Below, piece after piece: positions 26,156-37,841 of a stretch of DNA of 64,000 bases. Both the position numbers and the translations under genes were made by a program. The notes below the pieces were generated by a model. It searched no databases and had not been told where the DNA came from. It saw nothing but the letters and a program-made list of their open reading frames with translations. The DNA is taken from NCBI GenBank assembly GCA_004431415.1, contig QPMI01000692.1, positions 1 to 64,000 on the forward strand. The letters are read 5' to 3'. The stretch comes from Cyanophora paradoxa CCMP329 (Eukaryota > Plantae > Glaucophyta). Position 1 is the stretch's first letter. Every line of letters starts with the position of its first letter.

Positions 26156-27194
26156 AGGGGGGGTCAGCTGCTCAAACCCCCGGCCCCTTGCTACCCGTCG
26201 GATTGTCTGTCCTTTTGTCCAAGCCGGCCAGTTTGCAAGTCCGTCTTTTTCTCAACGTCGAAAGTCTTTTTAAGGTACCCATATGCATATGGCCAGCCGC
26301 CAGCCGCCAGCCGGCCGAGCAAGTCGAGCTCGCGTCGCCTCACGAGCGGCCCCGCGCGTCCGGAGAGGGCCGCTAGCGCTGCAATCTCCCGCCTGCAATC
26401 TCCGACCTCCCGTCGAACCGGCCGCGACCGTCGCAACGGCCCGAACCGGCCGCGACCGTCGCAGCGCAGCTCCCACTACTAGGCTAGCTCCTATTCGGGC
26501 ACGGCGCGTCGTCGCGCGCTCCGCGGCATCACATGGCCGCGCGCCGCGCAATCGATGCCACAGCGACGGGCAACTGCAAACGGTGCGCGTGCATATGGCC
26601 AGGAGGCGCTGTGCATGCGAGGCGGCCCGCCGGTGGCTCGCCGGACGCGGGAATGCGTGAGGGACAGCTGCGCGGCTCGCTTGATGGGGCGGGGGCACGC
26701 AGCGGGCAGCCGCGTGGCTCGCCGGGCGGGGCGGAGGCGCGGTGGGCCGCAGGCGGCTCGCCGAAGGGCGGGGCGCGGGCAACAGGCGGTGCGGAGGCGC
26801 GGCGGGCGACGGCACGGCTTGCGGACGGGGCGGAGGCGCAGCGGGCGGCGGCGTGGCTCTCTGCAGCTGGGCGGGGCGCAAGTGCGGCGGGCGGCGGAGT
26901 GGCTCTCTGGGCGGGGCGCAAGCGCGGCGGGTGGCGTCGGGGCTCGCCGGGCGGGGCGGAGGCGCGGCGAGTGACGGCGCGGCTCGCCGGGCGGTGCGGA
27001 GGTGCGGCGGGCGGCGGCGCGGCTCGCCGGCGGGGCGGAGGCGCGGGGGCGGCGGCGCGGCTCGCGGGACGGGGCGGAGGCGCGGCGGGCGGCGGCGCGG
27101 CTCGCCGCCGGGCTGCCCAGCCCTACGCCTAGCGAACGCTCAGATGCTACCTTCAGATGCTGTCTTTCAGAGTCTGTTAGTTTAGACCCCACCT
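26156..27194. mobile_element. Non-autonomous TIR element inserted at TGCA (family B)
   Basis: TGCA|AGGGGGGGTC ... GACCCCACCT|TGCA. Contains a GC-rich minisatellite and no credible ORF. Confidence 0.7.
26700..27112. repeat. ~40-bp GC-rich minisatellite (GGCTCGCCGGGCGGGGCGGAGGCGCGGCGGGCGGCGGCGC-like), ~10 degenerate copies
   Basis: Directly visible tandem units. Confidence 0.8.
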
Positions 27195-28019
27195 TGCATT
27201 TCCTGAGACGAGCAGGGGGAGGGGGCGAGTCGAAGACCTAGTATAGCTATAGCAAGTCCTAGCGTGTAAAAATGGTTTACAGGGGGCGGGCGGGGGCGGG
27301 GGCCCGGGGGCCTTAATTTAACAAGCGAGTCCCTGCGGAGCAGGAGTGGCCTTGGGTCTTGGGGCTTCAAGGCGTGAGAGCGGCCGCTCTTTGTTTTTAA
27401 ACGGGGGCCCGCAACCGCGCGCGGTTACGGGGGAGGGGGGAGGAGAAATAGGGGGGTCCACTCGGCAAGGGTACACACTCAAGTAAAGAGGGTACAGAAT
27501 TGTGCCGCAAGGGTACAGAGATCGATGCGGGGCCCAATCGGCCGCAGTTGTACCGAGTACAGGCGCCGATGGGTCCATTGGTCGGGCCTATTTTTCGGCG
27601 CTTTTTGAAGGTGGTTGATAATTATGTATAGCTATGAATCATTTGAATGTAATTCGAAGTAATAAGGCTCTGTCTAAATTGTTTACTTTAATTATCTTTC
27701 AATCAACACATCAAATACTTTTATATCCCACATCGTGGCACACAACGACCCTGTCTCATACAAATTTGCAGGCCGACATCGTGGCGCTCCGTTAATTTGG
27801 ACACTATTTTCTAGCGAATGGGGTGCGGTCTCTTGAAATTAATAATTTTCAAAATTCGACTTGGATGACCAATGTGATTTAAGCTTTCAATGTTTTTCCG
27901 GGAAAATGCTTTTCGACGCTTCTCGACGTGCTGTTACTGCCCGTTAGAGACCTCTCATAGGAAAACCGCCTCGGCCATCGTGCTCCCCAGGGTCGAAAAC
28001 GGGTACCTAGGTCCAAAAA

Positions 28020-28172
28020 TTTTGGCCTGAATCGCATTTTGAATCCACGGACAGGACAGGCACAGACCTAAGGGCCTCTCCTTTCCCCAAGGCCGATTTT
28101 GGCCTGAATCGCATTTTGAATCCACGGACAGGACAGGCACAGACCTAAGGGCCTCTCCTTTCCCCAAGGCCG
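28020..28172. repeat. ~77-bp perfect tandem duplication
   Basis: TTTGGCCTGAATCGCATTTTGAATCCACGGACAGG...CCCCAAGGCCGA occurs twice. Confidence 0.85.
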
Positions 28173-28570
28173 AAAAGCTTTTGGGACGACCGAGGTTACA
28201 CAGCCAGACGACCGGTACCCGTACCGCCCCCCCAGGGCTCCGAATTTCGAAGCCCCTACTTCTGCTGACTCATGATCATCGGATCCGATGATCAGTGAAC
28301 CTGCAGCTGTGCCCCCTGGGCAGCGCCCGCAGTCCTTGGTGTCTAGTTATATATAGAGAGAGAGTCGTATATATATATATATACCTAGAGACTGTGGCCG
28401 GTAATTCACCAAAATAAAAACAATTAACCAAAATAAATACATTCAAGTTCTCACTCGTGATATCGATCGGGCTCTCTTTCTCGCTCTCACTCTCACGTGC
28501 ACAATGCGTGTACGTATATATGCGTATCTTTTTCTTCGATGCTATTCGCTCTACGGCAGCTCGAGCAGCG

Positions 28571-31500
28571 CTACGGCAGCGCCCCGCGGCCGCCCTCCTG
28601 CACAGCCCCCACAGTCGCCTCCACAGCCTCCCGATCGAACTCGCCGGGTACCCCCCTCCACGGCGATCGCCGGCACCGCCGCCCCCGCCCCCACATCCGC
28701 GCCCTCCTCGTCCGGTACCCCCGCCGGCGCCTCCCCGGCTTCCTCTTCCGCGGCGGTACCCGGGCCCGGTCCGCCCTCCAGCTCGAGCTCGGGCCCGAGC
28801 TGGGGATCCGGGGGCGTCGGGCCCTGGGGCCCGGGGGGCGAGGCCGCGCCGCGCTCGGCGGGCGACGCCGACGCCGGCGGCGGCGCGCCCGGCGCCCGGG
28901 CAGGGCCGCCCCGCCTGCACTCCTCCCAGAAATCGGCGGTACCCCTCCAGCTGTACCACGCCGGCGGCTGCGCGAACGCCATCTCGCGCTCGCCCAGCTG
29001 CGGGGGTACCCGGTCGTCAGAAGGAGAGAGGGGGTGGGGGGGGGAAGAGGCGTGGCGGCGTACCCTGTAGGCGGCGCGGAAGAGGGGCCGGAGCTTCTCG
29101 GTCCGCAGCGCGAGGCTGCCGAAGGCTTCGAAGGCCACCTGGGGGGTACGCGGTTCAGTCAACGAGGGGTAAGCATGCGCTCGGGTTTCGAGGGGCGGGG
29201 GGTACGCACGGCGCCGTCGGAGAGGGGGGCCCCCGCGGCCTCCATCTCCGCGAACAGCTCCTCCGCGAGCTCCTGTACCCTGCCGGGGCACCGGGTTCGG
29301 GGCGGGACGGGGGATACCGAGGGGCAGGTGAGGGGAGGGGAGGTTCGTACCCGCCGCCGTAGCTTCCGTTCTTGCCGAACTCTTTGCTGGCGGGTCCTTC
29401 CCCGGAGGTCTCTGCGCGGGGCCAGCTGGGACTCGCGAAACAAACCCCCTGGCGGGAGCCGAACCGGCTGCCTCGGCGAACGCGACGCGGAGGAGGTTGA
29501 TCAGTCCGAACCGGTTGAGCAGGAGCTGTACCCCGCGCCGCGTGAAGGGGGTACACATGGAGGGAAGAAAGGGAGAGGGGTACCGTGTCAGGTGCGCCGG
29601 GCCGCTGCGGGCGGGCGGCGGAGTGCTGCTCGAAGCGCTCGAGGGCCCACCGCATGTACCCGTGCTCCAGCGCGACCTGCGGGGATACATGGGCAAAGAT
29701 CGAGGGGGGGAGGAGCCCGGAGGGGGGTACCGCGGCCTCGCAGATGGCGTAGAGGAGTCCGGCGGAAGGTACGCGGGGCCCGGCGGGGAGCTGCGGGGTA
29801 CGGTATCAGATGCACAGGCGCGGTGGGGCGAGCAGGGGTACGGCGGACCTTGAACGCTGCGTTCTCGACCGAGCGCCGCTGTGGGGTAAGGGTGAGAGGG
29901 GGGGGGGAGGGAGGGGGGGAGGGGGGGTATACGCACGCGGTCCTTGAGGACCTGCACGGCGGCAGCGGCGAACGAAGCGGGGGCGGGTACCGGGGGGGGC
30001 GAGGGGCCGGCTCCGGAGGCGGCGGCGGCGGGGAGGGGCGAGGCGGCGAGGCTCCGGGCCCCCGGCGCCTGAAGAGTCGAAGCCGCGCGCTCAGAATCGG
30101 CGGCAGCAGCGGCGGCCGCGGCGGCCGCGGCGGCCTCGGCCTCTGCCGCGAGGGCGGCGACCCGCTGCCCGCGGGCGAGCACTGCCTCCAGGGCCGCGTG
30201 GGGGAGGCGACCCAGGCACGCCTGCGCCGAAAGCGGGGGGGGGGGGATGAGGGGACGGAGGGAGGAAGAAAGAACAGGACGAGGATGCACTTGGAGCTAT
30301 GAGCTACGAGCTATGAGCTATGGGCTAAAGGATATGATTTGGAGCTATGCACTCGTGAACAGAAGGGGGGAGGGGGAGGGAAGGGAGGGGGGGGAGGGGA
30401 GGGTGGGCGGACCTGGGCGACGGCGGCGGCGCGGCCCGGCTCGAGCTGCGGCTCCAGGAGCGTCCCCTCCGGGCCCAGGCCCACCGCCCCCAGGCCTGCA
30501 GATCGGATCGGATCAGATCGATCAGATTAGATCAGTCTTCAGCAGAGTTCGGCTTTTCGGCTTTTAGTTCCTTGAAAGAATAGCTCGGAAAGCCCTGACG
30601 CCGGAGGGCGACGAGGGATGGCGGGCGGCGGGACTAGAAAATCACTTGAAGCTAGAACCTGAGCTAGATCATTGGACCCTAGATCAGATTGCGGACCGCG
30701 GGCGAAGACGCGGGCGACGTCGAGGCCCCAGGCCTCGGAGGCGAACATCGCGAAAGCGTCCACCAGCGGGTCGCTCCCTGCGGGGGCGAGGGGGGGGTGG
30801 GGAGATGAGGGGGGGGGGGGGGGGTGAGTGAGGTAGTCGGGGGAGAAAGGGGGAGGGAGGGGGGAGAAATGGGGGTGGGGGGGCGTCGTCGGTTCCGCTA
30901 TGGAACCACACAGGTATTTCCCAGTTGGACCTAAGACGCTCCCCCCCTCATTCTTCTTCTTCTTCTTATTCTTCTTAGGGGGGGGATGGATGGACGGGTG
31001 GATGGGAGGGGGGGCGCTATCGCTCGCCGCGGGCGGCGGCGGCGGCGGCGGCGGCCTCGACGGCCCAAGCTGGCCTATGGAACTATGCAGGCATTCCCCA
31101 GCTGGCCCTAACACGCTCCCTCATTCTTCTTCTTCAGGGGGAGGGGATCGCTCACCGCGGGCGGCGGCGGTCGCCTCGAGGGCCTGGGCGGCCGCCTGCT
31201 CCACCAGCCGCCGGTTGCCGTAGCGGTCCGCGAGGTACCCGGCGAAGAGGGCCCGGAACCGCTGTGGGCGGCCCAGGGGCCCGCTGTCGAGGGGGGCAGC
31301 GTGGGCGGCGGGGCGGGGCGGCCGAGGGGACTTCGAGGGCTGTCGGGGGGGCGTAAGAAAAGGGGGGGGGGGGGGTAGGAGGAGGAAGGCACCGGGGCGG
31401 CGGGGGGGGCGGGGAGCTGCGGGACCACGTGGGGGGCCCCGGGGTCGAATCCGGCCGTGAGCGTTTCCTCGCAGTCCTTGTAGAAGTCCCGGATGAACCT

Positions 31501-34500
31501 GGAGGGGAGAGCTTAGAGGGGGTACAAGAATTGGAGGGAAGAGTGGGGGTGGGGCACTTCAGGAGCCACTGGCGGGGCCGGGGCGGCTCGTGGGGGCCCG
31601 GCCCGCGCCGCAGGCGTGAGGCGAGCGTTGCGAGCCACGAGTTGCCGTTCTGGGGTACCCCAGCGAGCCCTTTCGATCCAGTACCCCGGGGAGGGGAGGA
31701 CGAGGCGGCGGGGGTACCTGAAAATCGATGCCGAGGACGTTCGGGGGCGGCTCGAGGGCCTCGTCGACCACCTGCGGGGGGTACGGCGATCAGACGGTGT
31801 CGCTGCCGGGGGTACGGGCGCCCGGAGGGTGGGTACCTCGGTCACGGCGCCGGGTGCAGCGTTGCGGACCGGCTTGGGGGCCCCACCGGCGGCGGCCCTG
31901 TACCCCGCCGCGCCGCGCGCGCGTGTCAGTAACTCAGTGAATCATTCAGTGAATCAGCTCGCTGGCACGCCTGCGGGCGGGACCTGCGCCCGAGCCACCG
32001 CCCTCCCCGACCTCCGACTCCTCTCCTTTCTTCTTGCCGCTGCTGCTGCTCCCGGGCGGCCCCGGCCGCCTCGCCGACCCCTGCGCCGGCGTGCGTCGTG
32101 AGTAGCGCCCGTCAAAGCTCAGATGAGCGTGGGGGGGGGGGGGGGGCGGGAGGGCCGGCGCTCGGACGGACCGGGGGCGCGGCCTGCGGGGGCGCCGGTG
32201 CCGCCTTCTTCTCTGAGACGGGCGGCCGCCCCGAGCCGCCGCTCGGAGGTGGCTTCGCGGACGACGACGCCGCCGCCACCGCCGCCTCCGCCGCCGCCGC
32301 CTCGCGCGCGGCGACGCCCCTCGCCGCCGCCGCCCTCGCCGCGTCGGCCGCCTGCGGTCCGTAGGCGTCAAAACTTGGAAGAAGGCAGGCGATTAGGCCT
32401 TAGCTGTAGGCTACATATGAAAGCCACCAAAGTCTATAGAGCTAAAACTTCGAGGAACTGGAACTGGAACTGGAGCTGAAACTGGGCGGGGCGGTGGCGC
32501 GCCTTCGCGGAGACTTCGGCGGCGGCGGCGGCCGAGGCGGCCGCGCGCTCCGCCGACTTGCGGGCGGCCTCCTGCGCACGAAGTCAAAAAACAAGAAACG
32601 AGGACGAGAAAAAAGGCGCGGCGCCCGCCAGCGATTGGGCTGGGCAGACCCTCCGGCCCGTCCTATCTACCCGGCTCTAATCTCTCGCAACCCTTACTAC
32701 GTTTAGAACGAAACAAAGAGATCTCTCAGAGAGGCGCGGCGCCCGCTACAGCTAGGGCTGGGCGGCGCCCCGCCTCGCATCCAACTAATTATAACCAGAC
32801 GACTCTTATCCACTTCAACCCGCAAGGTCGAAGGCGGAGGGGATGGCATCAGGCGGCCGATGCGCGGCACCCGCCTGGGCTGGGCGGCGCCTCTCATATC
32901 TCCCCAACTCTTATCCCAAGGAAGGGAAGGAAGGGCGGCGCATGGCGCCGTGGCATCCGCTAGCGCTTGGGCTGGGCGGCGCCCTGTCTAGATCTTATCC
33001 ATCCAACTCTGCAACCCTTAAAACGAAGGGAAAGGCGCACGGCGCGCTCGAGGGCGGCGCGGGCGTGCTCGGCCTCGGCGCGCGCCGCCGCCTCCCCCGC
33101 CGCCGCCCGCTCTGCCCGCTCCGCCAGCTCCGACAGCGCCGCCTGCGCCGGACAGGGTGCGGGGAGGGGCGGGACGGCCCTCAGGTTAGGGGAGCAAAAA
33201 AAGAAAGGGAGGAAAGGTCTGCTAGAGTTCTGAAATAACAGACGCCGATTTCAGCGACGTTCCGTTCTCTTCCCCTCTCGGCGAGGCGGGGCGGGGCGGG
33301 GCGCACGGCGAGGCGTCCCTCGGCGGCCGCCAGCGCGCCCGACCTCCGCCCGCCCGCCGGCGTCGCCCCCTGCGCCCCAGAAATCAGAAATCGGAAATCA
33401 GAATTAGGCTCAGCGTTTGCTCAGAGGGCGCCTGGGCGAGGCGAGGAGATATATATATGTCTCTTAAGCTTCGTCTCTTGGGAGGGGCCGGCACGCCTTT
33501 CCTTCAGGCCTCCCGAGAGGTAAAGAGCTATCACTATGTTTCTTAATGGAGCTTCTTGTAGTAAAATCATTGCAGGGAAGAGCGGAGGGGGAGTAATGGA
33601 GTTTCTTAGGCTAGGCTAGGTTAGGCTAGGCTAGGCCCAGCGTTGGCTTAGAACGGCTCGCTCTCAGTCTGGGTCTCTTAGAGGCGAGGCGATCAGAAAG
33701 TAGCATTTGTCTCGGTCTAGTTTCAGTCTTAAGGGGCGGCGTGCCTTGCCCTCGCGCGAGCTCGAGACCGCCCGGAAGGACGAGGCGCCCCGCCGCGACT
33801 TCTGGGGGCTCGCCACCCTCCCCAGCGCCTGCGTGCGGCGAAAAAGACGGTGGAGAAGGAGGGGGAGGAAGGTTGGTTCTGCTGCGCTTGGGTAAGAAGA
33901 AAAGGCTTCGTTCGCACGTTCTCGGCCAGCTCGGCGAGGGCCAGAAGCGACGCCGCGTGCGCCGCCGCCGCCGCCGCCTCCGCCGCCGTCGCTGCCGTCG
34001 ATTCCGCAGCGGCGGAGGCAGAGGCGGAGCCCGCCGGCGGCCCGGGGGCCGCCCCCGCCTTGTTGTTGCCCCGCTTTCCCTGCGGTGCGACGGGGCTCAA
34101 AAGAAGATAAAAGAGAGGAGCGGAGGGGGGGTACGCTCGCTCGCCTTGCGCTTCTTGGGGGAGTCGCCCGGCGCCCCCTCCCCCCCCTCGCCCTCGCCCT
34201 CCTCCTCGCCCTCCGCAGCAGCTGCTCCTGCGCCGCCCTGCGCCGGCGCCGTCGTCAGATCCGATCCGATCGATTCGATTCGAGGGGTCTCGCCTCCTCC
34301 TCCTCCTCCTCCGCGGGTGCCTCTGGAGGCGCAGCAGCAGCCGCCGGGGCGGACGCCCCGCCGCCCCCGACCCCGCCCCCGCCGTCGCCAGCGCCGGGGT
34401 GAGGATCATGATGACGGCGTGTCGCCGCCGCCGCCTCCCCCTCCTCCTCTTCCCTTGCATGGGGGCGCAGCGCGACGCTGCCCCGAGGCGACGAGGCGAG

Positions 34501-37500
34501 GGCAAGCGCCAGCGGCAGGCGGGAGGGAGACTCCAGAGGGAGCGAGTGCGCCCGGCCCCGCCGCACGGAGTGCGACGCGGCGCCGGCGCCGGCGCCGTGG
34601 CGGTGAGGGGAGGCCGGCCCGGCGACCGGATCCGACCCGGCGCCCGTACCCTCCTCCTCCTCCTCGACCACGTGGTCCAGGTCCCGATCCAAGCCCCCGT
34701 GCCGGGGGGGTACGCGGATAATCGAGGCCGGAGAGGGGGGAGGAGCCGCCTCCGTCTGGCTCGCCTCCTCCCGCCGCTCGGGGCGGGCCGTGCCCTCGTC
34801 CGTCTGCGTACCCAGGTCCCGCACCTGTATCCGGAGCGCCCGAGCCTGCGAACGAAGGGTCCTAAGGCAAGAGAAGAGGGGTATGGGACGGATCGGGGAG
34901 GGGGGTACCTCGCCCTGGCTGCCGGGGAGGGCGCGCAGCTTTGGGTCCACAACGATGTAGCGGATGTTGAACTCCACCTGAAAGGGGGGTACGCGTTTGA
35001 TTGCGGGTACGGAAAACGAAGGCGGGGGGCGGAACGAACCTGGCTCCGCCGCTTGCACAACCCGCTCCACATGAACAACGCGAACCTGTGGAAGGTACTC
35101 GCGTCATTTGGGGGGGGGGGGGGGGGGGGGGGGGTACGTGCCAGCTTGCGAGGACAGAGCGGAGGGACGAGTGCTTCTGGAGGTACACCAAAAACCTGCC
35201 GGAGCGGGGTCGGGAGGTACGCGTTCAGCCCCACAGCGACGGGTACGCCGAAATGTCAGTTCGGGGCGCACTGGACGGCGGCCTCCTGGCGGGCCCGCGC
35301 CTCGTCTACCCCCTCCGTAGCCTGCCGCGTCGCCGCCCCCTCGTACAGCTGCGGGGGGGGGTACCCGTTCATCAGACGCCCCATCGAGGGAGTCAGATTT
35401 GATGTCGTACCCTGTGGAACTGGGCCAGCTGGATCTCGAGGGAGCGCGGGGCGGGCAGGCGCGCCGCCGCCGCCTCCCGCTCCGCTCTTTCCACCTCCAT
35501 ACGCTCCTAAGATGAGACGAGAGTAAAGCGCAAACAAGGGAGAGGACGAGACAGAGTCGAGGCAGAGTAAGGATAAGGCGGGGCACGAACGAGCTCGGAG
35601 AGGTCGGCGGAGGGGGGAGGGGCCGCCGCGGCCGCAGCGGCCGCCTCGAGGGCGGCTGGCCCGCGGAGCCCGCCGCTGCGCTCAAGCGCCGCCAGGAGCT
35701 GCCGGCGTGCCCGCGGAGGCAAGCTTAGAAAGCCAGCCATGCCCCTAGGCCAGCCCTAGACGCTGGACGCGAGCGGACGGGCGGACCTGGCGGCGGTCGT
35801 GGCGCTCGGAGGCGAGGGCCCGCTCCGCCTCCTCGGCCGCCAGGGCTGCCGTCCTCAGCTCCCCCGCCAGCCGCGAGGCCCTCGCCTGCGAACGAAGGCT
35901 CTAGATCAGAACGCTTCTTCTAAGAAGCTTTCGATTAGAATGCTTCTTCTAAGAAGCTTTAGATGAAACGCGAGGCCCTAGCCTGCGACGAGCGCCCGCG
36001 CCCTCGAGATAAGAAGAAAAGAACGCTTCTTTTAAGAAGCTCCAGATCCAAAAAGAAGGTTAGGTTGGGCTTTAGTTCAGAATGCTTCTTCTAAGAGGGT
36101 TAGGATCAAGACGCTTCTTCTAAGAAGCTTTAGATCAAATCGCTTCCTCCAAGAAGCTTCAGATCAAAGCGCTTCTTCTTCTTCTGCCTTTGTGAGCAGA
36201 AGGAGGCTGGGCCCTCCAAGTGAGACAAAACGCGTTCTCCAGCGAGGTAAACGCCCTCTAGAAAGCGGGTAAAGGGGGGGACGGGGACGGGGACGGGTAC
36301 GGGCCTCGGAGGCAGCCAGGCGCCCCCGCAGCGAGTCCGGGGGCTCTGCCTCCAGCGCCGCCCGGCGCCACCGCCCCGCCTCCCGCTCCGCCTGCGCCGG
36401 ATCAAATTCGGATCAAATTCGGATCGCACGGATCGAATTTGAAATGTATGCGCCTGCGCCGCCTCGCGCTCCCTCGCCCGTAGAGCCGCCAGCGCCTGCT
36501 CAGATCAGATCAGATCAGATCAGATCGGATAGAAAGGGGGGGGTACGCGAACCTCGCCGAAGATGGCGGTCTGCCGCCGCCGCGCGCGCTCCAGAAGGGC
36601 CCCCCGCTCCCGGCACTGCTTCCCCACCTGCGAACGAAGGCGCCATCTTCGGTACCCCCACCTTCCTCCCCCGGGTACACCCGAACCTGGCGAACGATCT
36701 CCGAGAGGGCGACATCGTGGACCTCCCATTCCGGTACCCACCGCGCGGGGGACGGCTGCGCGGGGCGGTGCGGTCGAGGAGGGGGGGGGGGGGGGGAAGG
36801 GAAGGGGAGAAGGGGGGCGGGTACCTCGGGGGGAGGGGGGCCCAAGCCCGCTAGGAGGGAGTCATAGGCCCTCGCGAGGTACGAAACCTCTTGCCGCTCC
36901 CTGCGATTGTAACATAGTAAGTTTAGCATGTGAGATCAAATCTGTGAGATCGCCGATGGATCAAATGTTTGGCGGCGCACGAGGGGAGCTGCTCGCTGGG
37001 AAACAGGACCTGCTCGAAGGCCCGCTTCTCCCCTTTTAGGATACCCTTCTCGTCCGCCCCGCCGTGCAGGCTCGACTCGGACGCGAAGAAGCGCGCCGCG
37101 GAGGGCCGCGCCAGCGGCTTGCCGAACGCTGGCTTGGCGCCGTGCGGCGGGGGCGCTGGCGGCCCGACGCCGCCGCCCGCGAAGAGTGTGGCAAATAGTA
37201 TCTGACCCGCCTCGTCCAGCGGGTCGGAGTTGGAGACGCTGCCGCGCTCCCGGGCGCTCTGGTGGCCCCTCCGCTCCGGCGGTGGCCCCGCCGGCGGCTG
37301 CGGCTGCGCAGGGCGCGCGCTCTGGGATCCAGAAGAGGGATGCGCTGCTGGTATCGCCTCTCGGGCGTCCGGGACGCCCCGCGGCGAGTCTGGCGCCTGA
37401 GACTCGGAGGCGGCCTGCAGCTGCGATTCGGGCGGCAGCTGCTTCCGCGAGGAGGCGGCGGAGACGAGGAAGCCCGAGTCGCTCTCCCGCGCGGCGCTGC

Positions 37501-37639
37501 GGATGGCCGGCAGCTTCAGCGCAGGCACGCGGGGCCCGCCCTCCACCTGTCCCGCGTTGCGGCTGAGCGTCAGGGGCGCAGGCTGCCGGGGCGTCTGGCG
37601 CTCGGCGGCTGCCGGAATCTGTATCCTCGCATCCAACAT
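28571..37639 (-). CDS. Large axonemal dynein light chain (p28/DNALI1) domain protein, AXDND1-like, many exons
   Basis: Exons EIVRQ-VGKQCRERGALLERAR match the p28 motif (ELIRQV..C.ERG.LL). Coiled coils and C-terminal helical/EF-like exons. One apparent homopolymer +1 near 28650 relative to its duplicate copy. Confidence 0.55.
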
Positions 37640-37841
37640 CGCTCTTCAGCTGCCGGCGCGGTGCTAGCTATGCATGACGCGGGTTCTCGGCGTGGGGCAG
37701 GGGTTAGCACGTGCTGCGCTGTAGAGTAGCTCGGTGAGATGAGGAGATTCCGATGCGGTACTGCTTCAAAGGCCAACGCACTGCCTACTTGTTTTTTTGG
37801 CGGTGTGGGTGTACCCCACGAAGAGGGGGTAGCTCGCAAAG

